This document shows positions 9,955 to 18,007 of a stretch of DNA of 29,244 nucleotides, one piece after another. The position numbers and the translations under genes are program-made. A model generated the notes under the pieces. The model saw only the letters and a program-made list of their open reading frames with translations. It made no database searches and was not told the DNA's origin. The number at the start of each line of letters is the position of its first letter. Position 1 is the first letter of the stretch. Source of the stretch: Fibrobacteria bacterium (GTDB lineage Bacteria; Fibrobacterota; Fibrobacteria; UBA11236); the NCBI GenBank assembly GCA_044338885.1, contig JBIIWL010000001.1, positions 1 through 29,244 of the forward strand, in the 5' to 3' direction.

Positions 9955-10677
9955 ATGACACCATCGCTCTCGCGGATCCTCAGTCTTTCCGCCACACTGT
10001 GCGCCGCACTCACAACCGCCCACGCGCAACCCCTCCCCGGCGGGGCGTTCACCCTCGCGCCTCTCCCCTACGCCACCGACGCCCTCGAGCCCGCCATCGA
10101 CAAAGCCACGATGGAAATCCATCACGGCAAACACCACCAGGCCTACGTCACCAACTTGAACAACGCCATCGCCGCAGACGCCGCCCTCGCGACTCTTTCA
10201 CTCAGTGAACTGGTCGCCAAAGCCGGTACGTTATCGTCCACCGTACGCAACAACGCAGGCGGCCACTGGAACCACACGTTCTTCTGGAACATCATGGCGC
10301 CCGTCGGTCAGGGCGGGGCACCATCGCCCGCATTGTTAAAAGGCATCAACGACACCTTCGGGTCGCTCGAGGCCTTTAAGGCCGCGTTTAACAAAGCGGG
10401 CCTCGCACGCTTTGGCTCGGGCTGGAGCTGGCTGATCGTTGATGCCAACGGCAAGCTGGCCATCACTACAACGCCGAATCAAGACAACCCTCTGATGGAT
10501 GTGGCCGAGGTGCGCGGCACACCTGTGCTCGGCAATGATTTGTGGGAGCACGCCTACTACCTCAAGTACAATAACCGGCGGGGTGATTATTTGGGCGCGT
10601 GGTGGCAGGTGGTCAACTGGGATGTGGTCTCCGAACACTACGCGGACGCCATCAAGGACTCGAAGGCGAAGAAGTAA
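9955..10677 (+). CDS. sodA: Superoxide dismutase, Mn-type signature, with signal peptide
   Basis: HHGKHHQAYV, NNAGGHWNH, FGSGWSWL, PNQDNP, DLWEHAYY. AGGAG RBS before ATG 9955. N-terminal Sec-like peptide ending AHA. Confidence 0.9.
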   Translation: MTPSLSRILSLSATLCAALTTAHAQPLPGGAFTLAPLPYATDALEPAIDKATMEIHHGKHHQAYVTNLNNAIAADAALATLSLSELVAKAGTLSSTVRNNAGGHWNHTFFWNIMAPVGQGGAPSPALLKGINDTFGSLEAFKAAFNKAGLARFGSGWSWLIVDANGKLAITTTPNQDNPLMDVAEVRGTPVLGNDLWEHAYYLKYNNRRGDYLGAWWQVVNWDVVSEHYADAIKDSKAKK

Positions 10678-10725
10678 AAGCGTCGTAAGCCTTTCAACTC
10701 AAAACCAGTTCTTCAATCCAAAACA

Positions 10726-10753
10726 AAAGGCGAGATCGTGCGATCTCGCCTTT
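10726..10753. terminator. Bidirectional terminator between sodA and the convergent lipoprotein gene
   Basis: Perfect inverted repeat AAAGGCGAGATCG-TG-CGATCTCGCCTTT. Confidence 0.8.
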
Positions 10754-10780
10754 ATTGTGTCCGTCGATTTTTAGGGGGCC

Positions 10781-12034
10781 TCAACGCTTGGGCAACGGAT
10801 TCGGAGGGATGGGCGGACTGATGATCAGGCCACCGGTCGCGCCGTATTCGACGACAAGGCCTGGCAATTGACCAGAAGGGTTCGATGGATCGACGTTCGG
10901 ATCCCAAACGGACCCCGGGCCGGAATATGGCAGCGTCAGCGTATAAGTGGATTCGGGAAGCGGAATCGAAAACTGCCCCCTATACACCGGTGCTGAAATC
11001 GGCCAGCTGCCCAACGAACCGGCATACACGTAAAACGCAACGGTGTGCGCCGTGTCGGCCCGCGCATGGTCAAACTCCAGTGCACTCACCAGCGGTGACG
11101 AAGGGAACCAACCCGAAGCGCTACTGTCAGCCACCGTATCCCCGTTCACCACCATGACCAGTCGTTTGAAGAACAATGCCTGTTTGGCGGTCACAAGCGG
11201 ATCCGAAGATCTGAGCGTATCGGGCAATCGAAACCGTGCCACCATCGGCTGAAAACGATTGGTGAGGGTCATCGAGACCGGCTTCGTCTCAGCAATGATC
11301 ACGTTTTCGGCAACCGCGGTCCCGTGATGCATGGTCTCGCCGGCCGCATCAAGAGTTTTCACCTCGATGGTCCAGGTGCGTAGCGGCTTGACCGTATAGG
11401 ATTTCAGGATTTGCTGTGGCGTGGCGGTCGCCACCGTCAAGACTCCGTTCACATTTTCTGAAGCCACAATGGTGTCGCGGATCACGGAGTCTGAGGCACT
11501 ATTCGATGTCAATGTGATGATGAGTCGATCCATGCGGAGCGCCGCCGTCTTGGCCAACGGTGGTTCGGGAACGGCGTTTAGCCTGATGCTGAGGACGATG
11601 TGTGAAAGCGTCGTGGGCCCGAAATCATTCGGCACGGGAATGCTCACCTCGGCTGTATCCGTCCCGCCGGGCCCTACCGCGATCACCCGGTACGTCTCCC
11701 ATTCCGGCGTGCCGCTGGGGATACTATAACTGATGCGGCCTGTGGTCGTTTCGAAGCTGGCCACAAAAAACGACAACGCAGGTGTGATGGAATAGTGAGT
11801 GACAGGCCCGCCGGTGGAGTTCACGTTCAATCTGTACTGACCATTGATTGTGTCTTCGAGGGCGTCGGAATACGTAATAACGGGGGCCAGGGGTTCTTCG
11901 GTCTCATACTTAAAGCTCTCATCGATGACCGTATCGAGGCAGCCCACAAAGGCCAGCGCAGCGAACGACGCGCACAGCGCGACGAGCGATGAAAATTTGA
12001 ACGCGATGCGATAACCTTGAGCAAATCGTGACAT
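10781..12034 (-). CDS. Lipoprotein with putative Ig (He_PIG-like) domain; paralog of 12076-13458
   Basis: Lipobox FVG-C, the segment GGPVTHYSITPALS..FETTTGRIS, a beta-rich body and a Pro-rich C-terminus. Confidence 0.75.
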   Translation of the reverse strand: MSRFAQGYRIAFKFSSLVALCASFAALAFVGCLDTVIDESFKYETEEPLAPVITYSDALEDTINGQYRLNVNSTGGPVTHYSITPALSFFVASFETTTGRISYSIPSGTPEWETYRVIAVGPGGTDTAEVSIPVPNDFGPTTLSHIVLSIRLNAVPEPPLAKTAALRMDRLIITLTSNSASDSVIRDTIVASENVNGVLTVATATPQQILKSYTVKPLRTWTIEVKTLDAAGETMHHGTAVAENVIIAETKPVSMTLTNRFQPMVARFRLPDTLRSSDPLVTAKQALFFKRLVMVVNGDTVADSSASGWFPSSPLVSALEFDHARADTAHTVAFYVYAGSLGSWPISAPVYRGQFSIPLPESTYTLTLPYSGPGSVWDPNVDPSNPSGQLPGLVVEYGATGGLIISPPIPPNPLPKR

Positions 12035-12075
12035 GATGAAAATTTACATCCTTAAAAATCGCAACTTGCGCTCTA

Positions 12076-13458
12076 TTAAGGAGGTGGTGGCGGAGGATTG
12101 GGGTCATCCGCCGATGCGGGGCCCGTGTAAGAACCAGGGGGCGAATACACGGTCGTACCCGGCACGTAAGGCCCGGTGAAGAAATACCGAATGATCGGGA
12201 GCGCCGGGTTCCATCCGTTGGCGGTACCGAAGAACAGAATCTCCAGCTGATCGATTTTATTGGCCGGAATATAGCGGGTACTGATCAAACGGCTCCCCGT
12301 CGTGGGAAAGCTGCCACCAGCGGCGAGCGTATCGTATAGGGTATCGCCGGCGCTCAGAATGGCGGCGCGCGTATACGTCAGCGGGATGTTGTACCCCGCA
12401 TACACATTCCCCACGTTGGCGTAGATCTGAACCTGCGCCGTGAAGGCCGCAAAGCGCGCGGCGAGATTGAGCGATGTGGAATGGACCGTGGCACTCGTAA
12501 GCATCGCGATCGTATCAGCCCCGACATGAATGACCGAGTCTTTGCTGTCGAGTGTCTTCACGGTGACGATGTACCCGAAGCCCGCGTACAACGGGTAAAA
12601 CTTGCCGAAGGTTTGCGCGGCGCCCGGTGACGCCACAAACCCTTCCGTGCCCGCGTCCACAGTATCACGCACCTCAAACCCGCCCGGCAACGTGGGTGTG
12701 ATGCTCACCATCAACTTGGACAGCGGAATACCCGAGGCCAAGCCAAGGTTCACGGACAACAGGGCGCCCGTCGCATCGCCGGGCAATGTCGTATTCTCGA
12801 CCACGGACAGCATGATAAAGGCTGTATCGCGACCTGTGGAGTTCTGCGCGATCACCCGATAGAGTGTGGCCGCCATGGGAGAAAACGGGGCACCCGAAAT
12901 TAAGCCCGTCGCGGTGTCAAACCGCATACCGGAAGGCAAGCCCGGCCTTAGGGTAAACACGTTCTCACCCCCGCCGGTTGAAATCACCGGGTGCGAGGCC
13001 TGCACGAACTGTGTGTCGACCACAGGGGTCAGGTAAGAAATGGATGGTTTGGGCTGCAAAATATGCAGCACGATCCGCGCCGTATCGGCCCCCCCAAACC
13101 CGACGCCGATGACGCGATGTGTGGTCACAGGCCAAGACACCGTTGGTGTTCCGGAAACCAACCCCGTCAGGGTATCGAATGAGAGACCCGGTGGTAAGGG
13201 CGGCTCCACGGAGAAGGACTTGACTTTGCCGCCTGAGTCCGACACGAACACGACGTACGACAGAGGCTGACCCACCGTATCAATCGAGGCGGGTGTGATG
13301 CCGATGATCGGTGGCGCCGGCGCCTTGTAGGTCAGGTCTTCGCCCAAACAGCCCGTCAGCACCAGCGACGGGAGAAGAACCGCCAAGAGGGCGGCCCCAA
13401 GACGTATCGGCCTATCCCACAGCCCCAAAAACCTCGATTTAGCGCCAAAAAACGCCAT
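12076..13458 (-). CDS. Lipoprotein with two putative Ig (He_PIG-like) domains
   Basis: ATG at 13458 with an upstream GGAAGG. Lipobox LTG-C. Repeats LPPGLSFDTLTGLVSGTPT and LPSGMRFDTATGLISGAP. Ends DDPNPPPPPP. Confidence 0.8.
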   Translation of the reverse strand: MAFFGAKSRFLGLWDRPIRLGAALLAVLLPSLVLTGCLGEDLTYKAPAPPIIGITPASIDTVGQPLSYVVFVSDSGGKVKSFSVEPPLPPGLSFDTLTGLVSGTPTVSWPVTTHRVIGVGFGGADTARIVLHILQPKPSISYLTPVVDTQFVQASHPVISTGGGENVFTLRPGLPSGMRFDTATGLISGAPFSPMAATLYRVIAQNSTGRDTAFIMLSVVENTTLPGDATGALLSVNLGLASGIPLSKLMVSITPTLPGGFEVRDTVDAGTEGFVASPGAAQTFGKFYPLYAGFGYIVTVKTLDSKDSVIHVGADTIAMLTSATVHSTSLNLAARFAAFTAQVQIYANVGNVYAGYNIPLTYTRAAILSAGDTLYDTLAAGGSFPTTGSRLISTRYIPANKIDQLEILFFGTANGWNPALPIIRYFFTGPYVPGTTVYSPPGSYTGPASADDPNPPPPPP

Positions 13459-13588
13459 GCTAACCCTTCCCAAAATCCATAGTGTCGCTCTTCATAGTAT
13501 AGAGCCGAAAGCCCCACTTCATGCCCTGTTTTCGCGAGCGGTCATCACATTCTGGGGACAAGACGTCCCGGAAACCGCAACGATCGGT

Positions 13589-14248
13589 TTACATCATGCC
13601 CGCGATGGGGTCTACGAATTCGTCTGAAAAGGTGGGTTGGGCCTCGGCGTGGTAATCGCGCTCGCGGTACTGGCGGGCGCTATCGGCAAAGAGCTTGGCG
13701 AACTTGAAGTCTTCGTATTGCGACAGCAGCGTAAGGCCCACCTCGAAGATGGATTGGAAATACCGATTGCCCATTTTGAGTTCACGCAGGGCCGTCATGA
13801 GAATGTCCATCGCGTCGGCAGAGGCTACGATGCGCCCTTCGATGCCGTCTTTGGCGGTGAGAGCCGCATGCGTGAAGCGGTCGCGCAGCGGTTGCGGCAG
13901 CTCTTTGAAAATTTCGTCGCGCACCAGATCGGGGACGATATCCTTAAGGACCTTACCGAGTTTACCGCCCTGAAACCGATGTTTGATCGGGTGGGGAATG
14001 TCGGACAAAATGGTTTCTTCGAAATCGTGAAGCAGCGCCTGGCGCAGCACCTTCTCCACGTTGATCGCGGGGTTTTCTTCGTAGTCCGCCGTGAGCAAGG
14101 CCAGTATCGCGACGTTGAAGCTGTGGGAGGCGACGTTCTCGCCCTGAATCATCGGCAGCGTCCCAAAGCGCTGGATCGAGCTCATGGTTTTGAGCCGTTC
14201 GAAAAAAGCGAACAAACGATCGGGACGAAGGTCAGGTTGCGGTGACAT
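13589..14248 (-). CDS. yfbR: HD-domain 5'-deoxynucleotidase, YfbR-like
   Basis: IQRF, ENVASHSFNVAILA, ALLHDFEETILSDIPHPIK, IVASADAMD. GGAG RBS before ATG 14248. Confidence 0.8.
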   Translation of the reverse strand: MSPQPDLRPDRLFAFFERLKTMSSIQRFGTLPMIQGENVASHSFNVAILALLTADYEENPAINVEKVLRQALLHDFEETILSDIPHPIKHRFQGGKLGKVLKDIVPDLVRDEIFKELPQPLRDRFTHAALTAKDGIEGRIVASADAMDILMTALRELKMGNRYFQSIFEVGLTLLSQYEDFKFAKLFADSARQYRERDYHAEAQPTFSDEFVDPIAGMM

Positions 14249-14367
14249 GAGAGCTCCGGGAGAAAAAGCGGACAACGAGGAGGAAGTTAACAACCACCGG
14301 AGGGCGCGGATTCAGGGGGTGTGACGGGGGTCACGGGGCGGGGGGAATTTTGGTGGGGAACGTAGGG

Positions 14368-14439
14368 AATGCTCAATACTCAATGAACACACGGCCTAGT
14401 AAGCTTTTCCTGAGCATTGCTCATTGAGCATTGAGCATT
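14368..14439 (-). repeat. Heptamer-based (CATTGAG) inverted repeat / long hairpin
   Basis: AATGCTCAATACTCAATGAAC (14368-14388) and GCTCATTGAGCATTGAGCATT (14419-14439) form a 21-bp stem with a 30-nt loop. Confidence 0.8.
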
Positions 14440-14507
14440 TTAACCTTGATTAGGTGGATTAACTCCGCCTGTTGTAACCCGATCGCTGACCGCCATCAGC
14501 TTGGGCC

Positions 14508-14951
14508 CTATCGTCCCGCCAACAAGGCGGCGGCGACGTCGCTGGCGCGGCGGTCGATGACGTACAGGATTTGCTTGACGCGCCACTTGCGCCAGGTTTG
14601 AGCGTGCTTGACGGTCCACTCTTCTTGGATCTTGGCGCGATTGAAATCACCGCGTTCACCGTGATACCAGATCTCATTGCTAATCTCACGGATTTGGTCG
14701 GCCATATCGGAGGGCAGGTGGATAAACCCGCGCAACTTCACGATGTGACGCGCGGCCGACAGCAGCTCTTCAGGGGCGTAGCTGAAGGCCGACTGCTCCA
14801 AAATGTCTTGGCGGTGACGTTCGATAAACTCAAGCAAGTGCGCGGAAATTCCGGACAATTTTCCGGACTCCCACTCAGCATTGAGTGTTTTCATTTCTTC
14901 TTGGGTGGTCGGTTCGACCTCTCGAAGTACTCCCTTAGGCATGGGAAGCAT
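14508..14951 (-). CDS. Hypothetical cytoplasmic helical protein
   Basis: AAGGAG RBS before ATG 14951 (alternative ATG 14942). The start overlaps the gmhB stop, suggesting coupling. The C-terminal EIWYHGE..EEW..KH..WRKWR segment is Trp-rich. Confidence 0.7.
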   Translation of the reverse strand: MLPMPKGVLREVEPTTQEEMKTLNAEWESGKLSGISAHLLEFIERHRQDILEQSAFSYAPEELLSAARHIVKLRGFIHLPSDMADQIREISNEIWYHGERGDFNRAKIQEEWTVKHAQTWRKWRVKQILYVIDRRASDVAAALLAGR

Positions 14952-15552
14952 CCGCTCCTTCTGTCGAAGTCGCACCGTCCCGAGCTCCCTGTTTGCGGGC
15001 CCCGGCAACGCTTTTAGCGAACTCCAACAGCGTTGTAAATTCCTTTAAATACCCTGTATTGTCAAGCTCAGAACCGCTCACCGAGCCAGGAATCAAAACC
15101 GCCTTTGTGCCCGCAGACACACCCGCCAACACATCGCGGGGCATATCGCCCACCATGTAGCTGCGGGTCAAATCAAGGTTATGCTTTTTGGCTAAGTCAA
15201 AGAGCATGCCGGGTTTTGGTTTGCGGCAGGGGCAGTCGCAATCATAGGCCGCGACCGGCGCGCCGGGTAAATGAGGGCACACGGCGATTTCTTCGATGGT
15301 CGAGCCATGGTCGTGGAAATAGCCGCAGATCCGGTCATTTAGAGCCTGCACATCCTCTAGGGAGAAAAACCCGCGGGCCACCCCACTCTGGTTGGTTACC
15401 CCAAAGAGGCGGTAACCGGCGCCCTGCAAAAGGCGCAAGGCCTCCTCGACGCCGGGTAGTGGCTCAAAATCCTCAAACCGGATCATATACACCGCATCGC
15501 GGTGGAGGGTGCCGTCCCGGTCGAGAAAAATGGCAGGAGAAGGGGTTGTCAT
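14935..15552 (-). CDS. gmhB: HAD-IIIA phosphatase, D-glycero-D-manno-heptose-1,7-bisphosphate phosphatase-like
   Basis: IFLDRDGTL, VTNQSG, Zn motif CPH..CDCPCRKPKPGM, SYMVGD. Confidence 0.88.
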   Translation of the reverse strand: MTTPSPAIFLDRDGTLHRDAVYMIRFEDFEPLPGVEEALRLLQGAGYRLFGVTNQSGVARGFFSLEDVQALNDRICGYFHDHGSTIEEIAVCPHLPGAPVAAYDCDCPCRKPKPGMLFDLAKKHNLDLTRSYMVGDMPRDVLAGVSAGTKAVLIPGSVSGSELDNTGYLKEFTTLLEFAKSVAGARKQGARDGATSTEGADASHA

Positions 15553-15585
15553 GAACTCTCGTCGATTCTACGGGTGAGGCGGGTA

Positions 15586-15668
15586 TGCCCAAGGCGAGAC
15601 TTGAACTCGCACGACCTTACGGCCAAAGGATTTTAAGTCCTCAGCGTCTACCATTCCGCCACTCGGGC
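15586..15668 (-). tRNA. tRNA-Leu(TAA), CCA not encoded
   Basis: GCCCGAG/CTTGGGC acceptor stem, GAGGA-CTTAAAA-TCCTT anticodon arm, long variable arm, GAGTTCAAGTCTC T-arm. Confidence 0.96.
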
Positions 15669-15825
15669 CCGCTCTCTCATCGTGCACCCGCGTTGCCGCC
15701 GATGCGCACCTCTCGGTTCTGTCGCCAGACCCGAAAGCGGCGAGAAAGATAACTTGGGGCCGCGCCCTCACACATACAGAGTGACGTGAATTCTGTGCGG
15801 GGCATGCAACATGTAACTTGTTGGG

Positions 15826-16653
15826 ATGTCCTCTCTGTGGCGCGCGGCCATCCGCGACCGGTTTTCAGCGACGGGTGCCCTCCTCCTGGCGTTCACCTTC
15901 GCTATGGCCCAAGCCGCGCCCCGGGCCCCGGTGACCAAACCCGCCCCCCCCAATACCCCCCAAAAACAACTGGTCGAGGTCTCCATCCCCTACCCGAATG
16001 CGGGCATTTATCTGTACCGCGGGATTTACGGGTCGTTTGCCGGCGGGCTCTCGCGCGAGGCCGATACCACCTCGGGCAAAGAGTGGCAAGACGCATTGTT
16101 CCAATGGCAAGGCGAGGTGGGCTATTTCTACACCTCGTTTTTCTCGGGCGGCATCGGGTTTCGCATTAACGCCGGCGCTCCCTCGGACTCGCAACAAATC
16201 GTTAAAAACCGCTACTTCCTCCTCGCACGGGTCCATAAGGCATGGCCCAAGGCCGCCGCGTATGCCGGCCTCAACCTTGGTGTGGACGACGTTAATTTTT
16301 CACTGAACTCGAGCGATACCGGCACATTCGCCGAACCGTTTCAGGAAACCAACGCCGGCCTTGGTTTCGAGGTCGGCGGCGGCTGGAAGTTCTCACCCTA
16401 TGTGGCGGCCACTTTGGGCCAGCGTATGGATATTTCGCTCGTGCGTCAGAGTGCGGACAACCCGTACCGCGCGCTCAACTTCGTCACCCAACCCGGCCTA
16501 ACTCTCGACCTTTTACGCGTGCACTCGGTGCTCGGCACCAACGTGAAGGCCCTGTATTTATTGACTGAATGCCAGTTCGGGCAATCGCTCACCGAACAAG
16601 GGACGTGGCGCGATCAGTTCGCCTGGGTCATGGGGCTGAGCGTTGCGTTTTAA
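15826..16653 (+). CDS. Putative small outer-membrane beta-barrel protein
   Basis: Signal-like N-terminus ending AQA, Pro-rich linker, amphipathic Gly/aromatic strands, and C-terminal WVMGLSVAF with terminal Phe. Confidence 0.7.
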   Translation: MSSLWRAAIRDRFSATGALLLAFTFAMAQAAPRAPVTKPAPPNTPQKQLVEVSIPYPNAGIYLYRGIYGSFAGGLSREADTTSGKEWQDALFQWQGEVGYFYTSFFSGGIGFRINAGAPSDSQQIVKNRYFLLARVHKAWPKAAAYAGLNLGVDDVNFSLNSSDTGTFAEPFQETNAGLGFEVGGGWKFSPYVAATLGQRMDISLVRQSADNPYRALNFVTQPGLTLDLLRVHSVLGTNVKALYLLTECQFGQSLTEQGTWRDQFAWVMGLSVAF

Positions 16654-16667
16654 AAGAACGTGATCGA

Positions 16668-17819
16668 CTAGGGCACTATCACCTTGTGGTTGAACCGGCC
16701 CGCGCGTGATGAGACGCGTACAACGTAGACCCCCGTTTTCTGCAGGGCAGCCGGTCGGAAGATTTCGTTGCTCGTCCCTCGCGCTGTAAACACCGGGGTA
16801 CCGTTCAGCGCGTAGACCCCTAGTGAATAGGGTTCCACGGCATGAATCACGAGTTCGCCGTTGCGGATCAACAGCGCGCCTTGAGCGCCGCCACTGGGCG
16901 GCCCATTCGCATTGAGGGATGTCGAGGTGTAACCGGCGAGGTATTCAAGACCGCGCAAGACGAGCCCTGCGAAAAACTCGGCGAAGGGCGTTGTGCCGCC
17001 CGTGTTTTGATGAATAAGGCCCGTGTAAAAAAAGCGGTTTCCCGTCGTTGAGTCTTCGCGGTACCAGGCCATGGGGTGCGGGTTCATAGACCACTCTGGC
17101 GTGAGGGCCTCGCTCAAGGTCGACTCATCGAGGTTGTAGAGCACGCGCACGCCGGGCCACGTGGGCGCCGTGAGCGTGAACGTGTACCACTCATCGGCGG
17201 CCACACGCATGGTGTCGGGGAGGCCCTGCAGAATGGGGCGGTTGCGCACGGCGGTATCCAACGTGCGCTTGATGGTGCCCGCCGGCGTATTCGGACCATG
17301 CAACGCATAGTGCATGCTCGACACTGTATCCCGAAACCAATTCCATTCGTTCGCCTCGTTGGCCGCCGAGGAATGAACGCCCAGCCAACCACGTTGCAAA
17401 CCGGGCGTGGTCATCCAGGTTTTAAACGCCGTTACAAACGGTTGAAAATTGGTTTGTACCACGTTGGCTTGGATGTACCCGCTCTGGAACCAATAATTGA
17501 ACAGGATGATATCGTAGGTCGCAAGGTTGGGGAGCGGCGTGCCGCTCCCGCTGAGCAGCGCGCTCCCGGAAATCGAATCGAGTTGAAAGCCAACCGCGGT
17601 TTTGAGTTGATTGAGCCGTTGGCTGAGCACGCGCCGTGAGGCCCCGTGCGCCGTATTGGCGGCATCGGTCCCGTTGATCACCAAGATGCGTTTACTGGAG
17701 AGCTGACTTTGGGGGTTGGGCGCGACTTGGGCCCTCACGGGGGTGGGCACGACGAGCGGGGTCCCTAAAACCATGAGGGCAAGGGCGGCCAATCGGGATT
17801 TTTGAAAATTGAACGACAT
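16668..17819 (-). CDS. Exported ThuA-like domain protein with T9SS-like C-terminal domain (paralog 1)
   Basis: AGGAG RBS, ATG 17819, signal peptide ending VRA. ThuA motifs WLGVHSSA, DEWYTF, LDES, HPMAWY, RFFYTGLIH. Tail YSLGVYALNG...TGVYVVRV...KVIVP. Confidence 0.8.
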   Translation of the reverse strand: MSFNFQKSRLAALALMVLGTPLVVPTPVRAQVAPNPQSQLSSKRILVINGTDAANTAHGASRRVLSQRLNQLKTAVGFQLDSISGSALLSGSGTPLPNLATYDIILFNYWFQSGYIQANVVQTNFQPFVTAFKTWMTTPGLQRGWLGVHSSAANEANEWNWFRDTVSSMHYALHGPNTPAGTIKRTLDTAVRNRPILQGLPDTMRVAADEWYTFTLTAPTWPGVRVLYNLDESTLSEALTPEWSMNPHPMAWYREDSTTGNRFFYTGLIHQNTGGTTPFAEFFAGLVLRGLEYLAGYTSTSLNANGPPSGGAQGALLIRNGELVIHAVEPYSLGVYALNGTPVFTARGTSNEIFRPAALQKTGVYVVRVSSRAGRFNHKVIVP

Positions 17820-18007
17820 TGCGGGCTCCTGAAGTGCGATGAATCTAACGCGCCAAGGCCTCCTGCGCATTGATTTTCCTTGATACGGGCACCGTTCTAT
17901 TCTGAATCGGGCCGCCTCTTTTTAAGCCATATACGCTCTTGACCCCATCGTTTTGACCCCGATTTGAGGGCTTATTGATCGGCATCGACCTTGCTTTCTA
18001 ACCCCGT

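Noticed and set aside
15586-15668. tRNA-Leu as an integration site for the surface-protein cluster
   Set aside because: Its 3' end faces gmhB rather than the cluster, I saw no duplicated att segment, and there is no integrase in the window.
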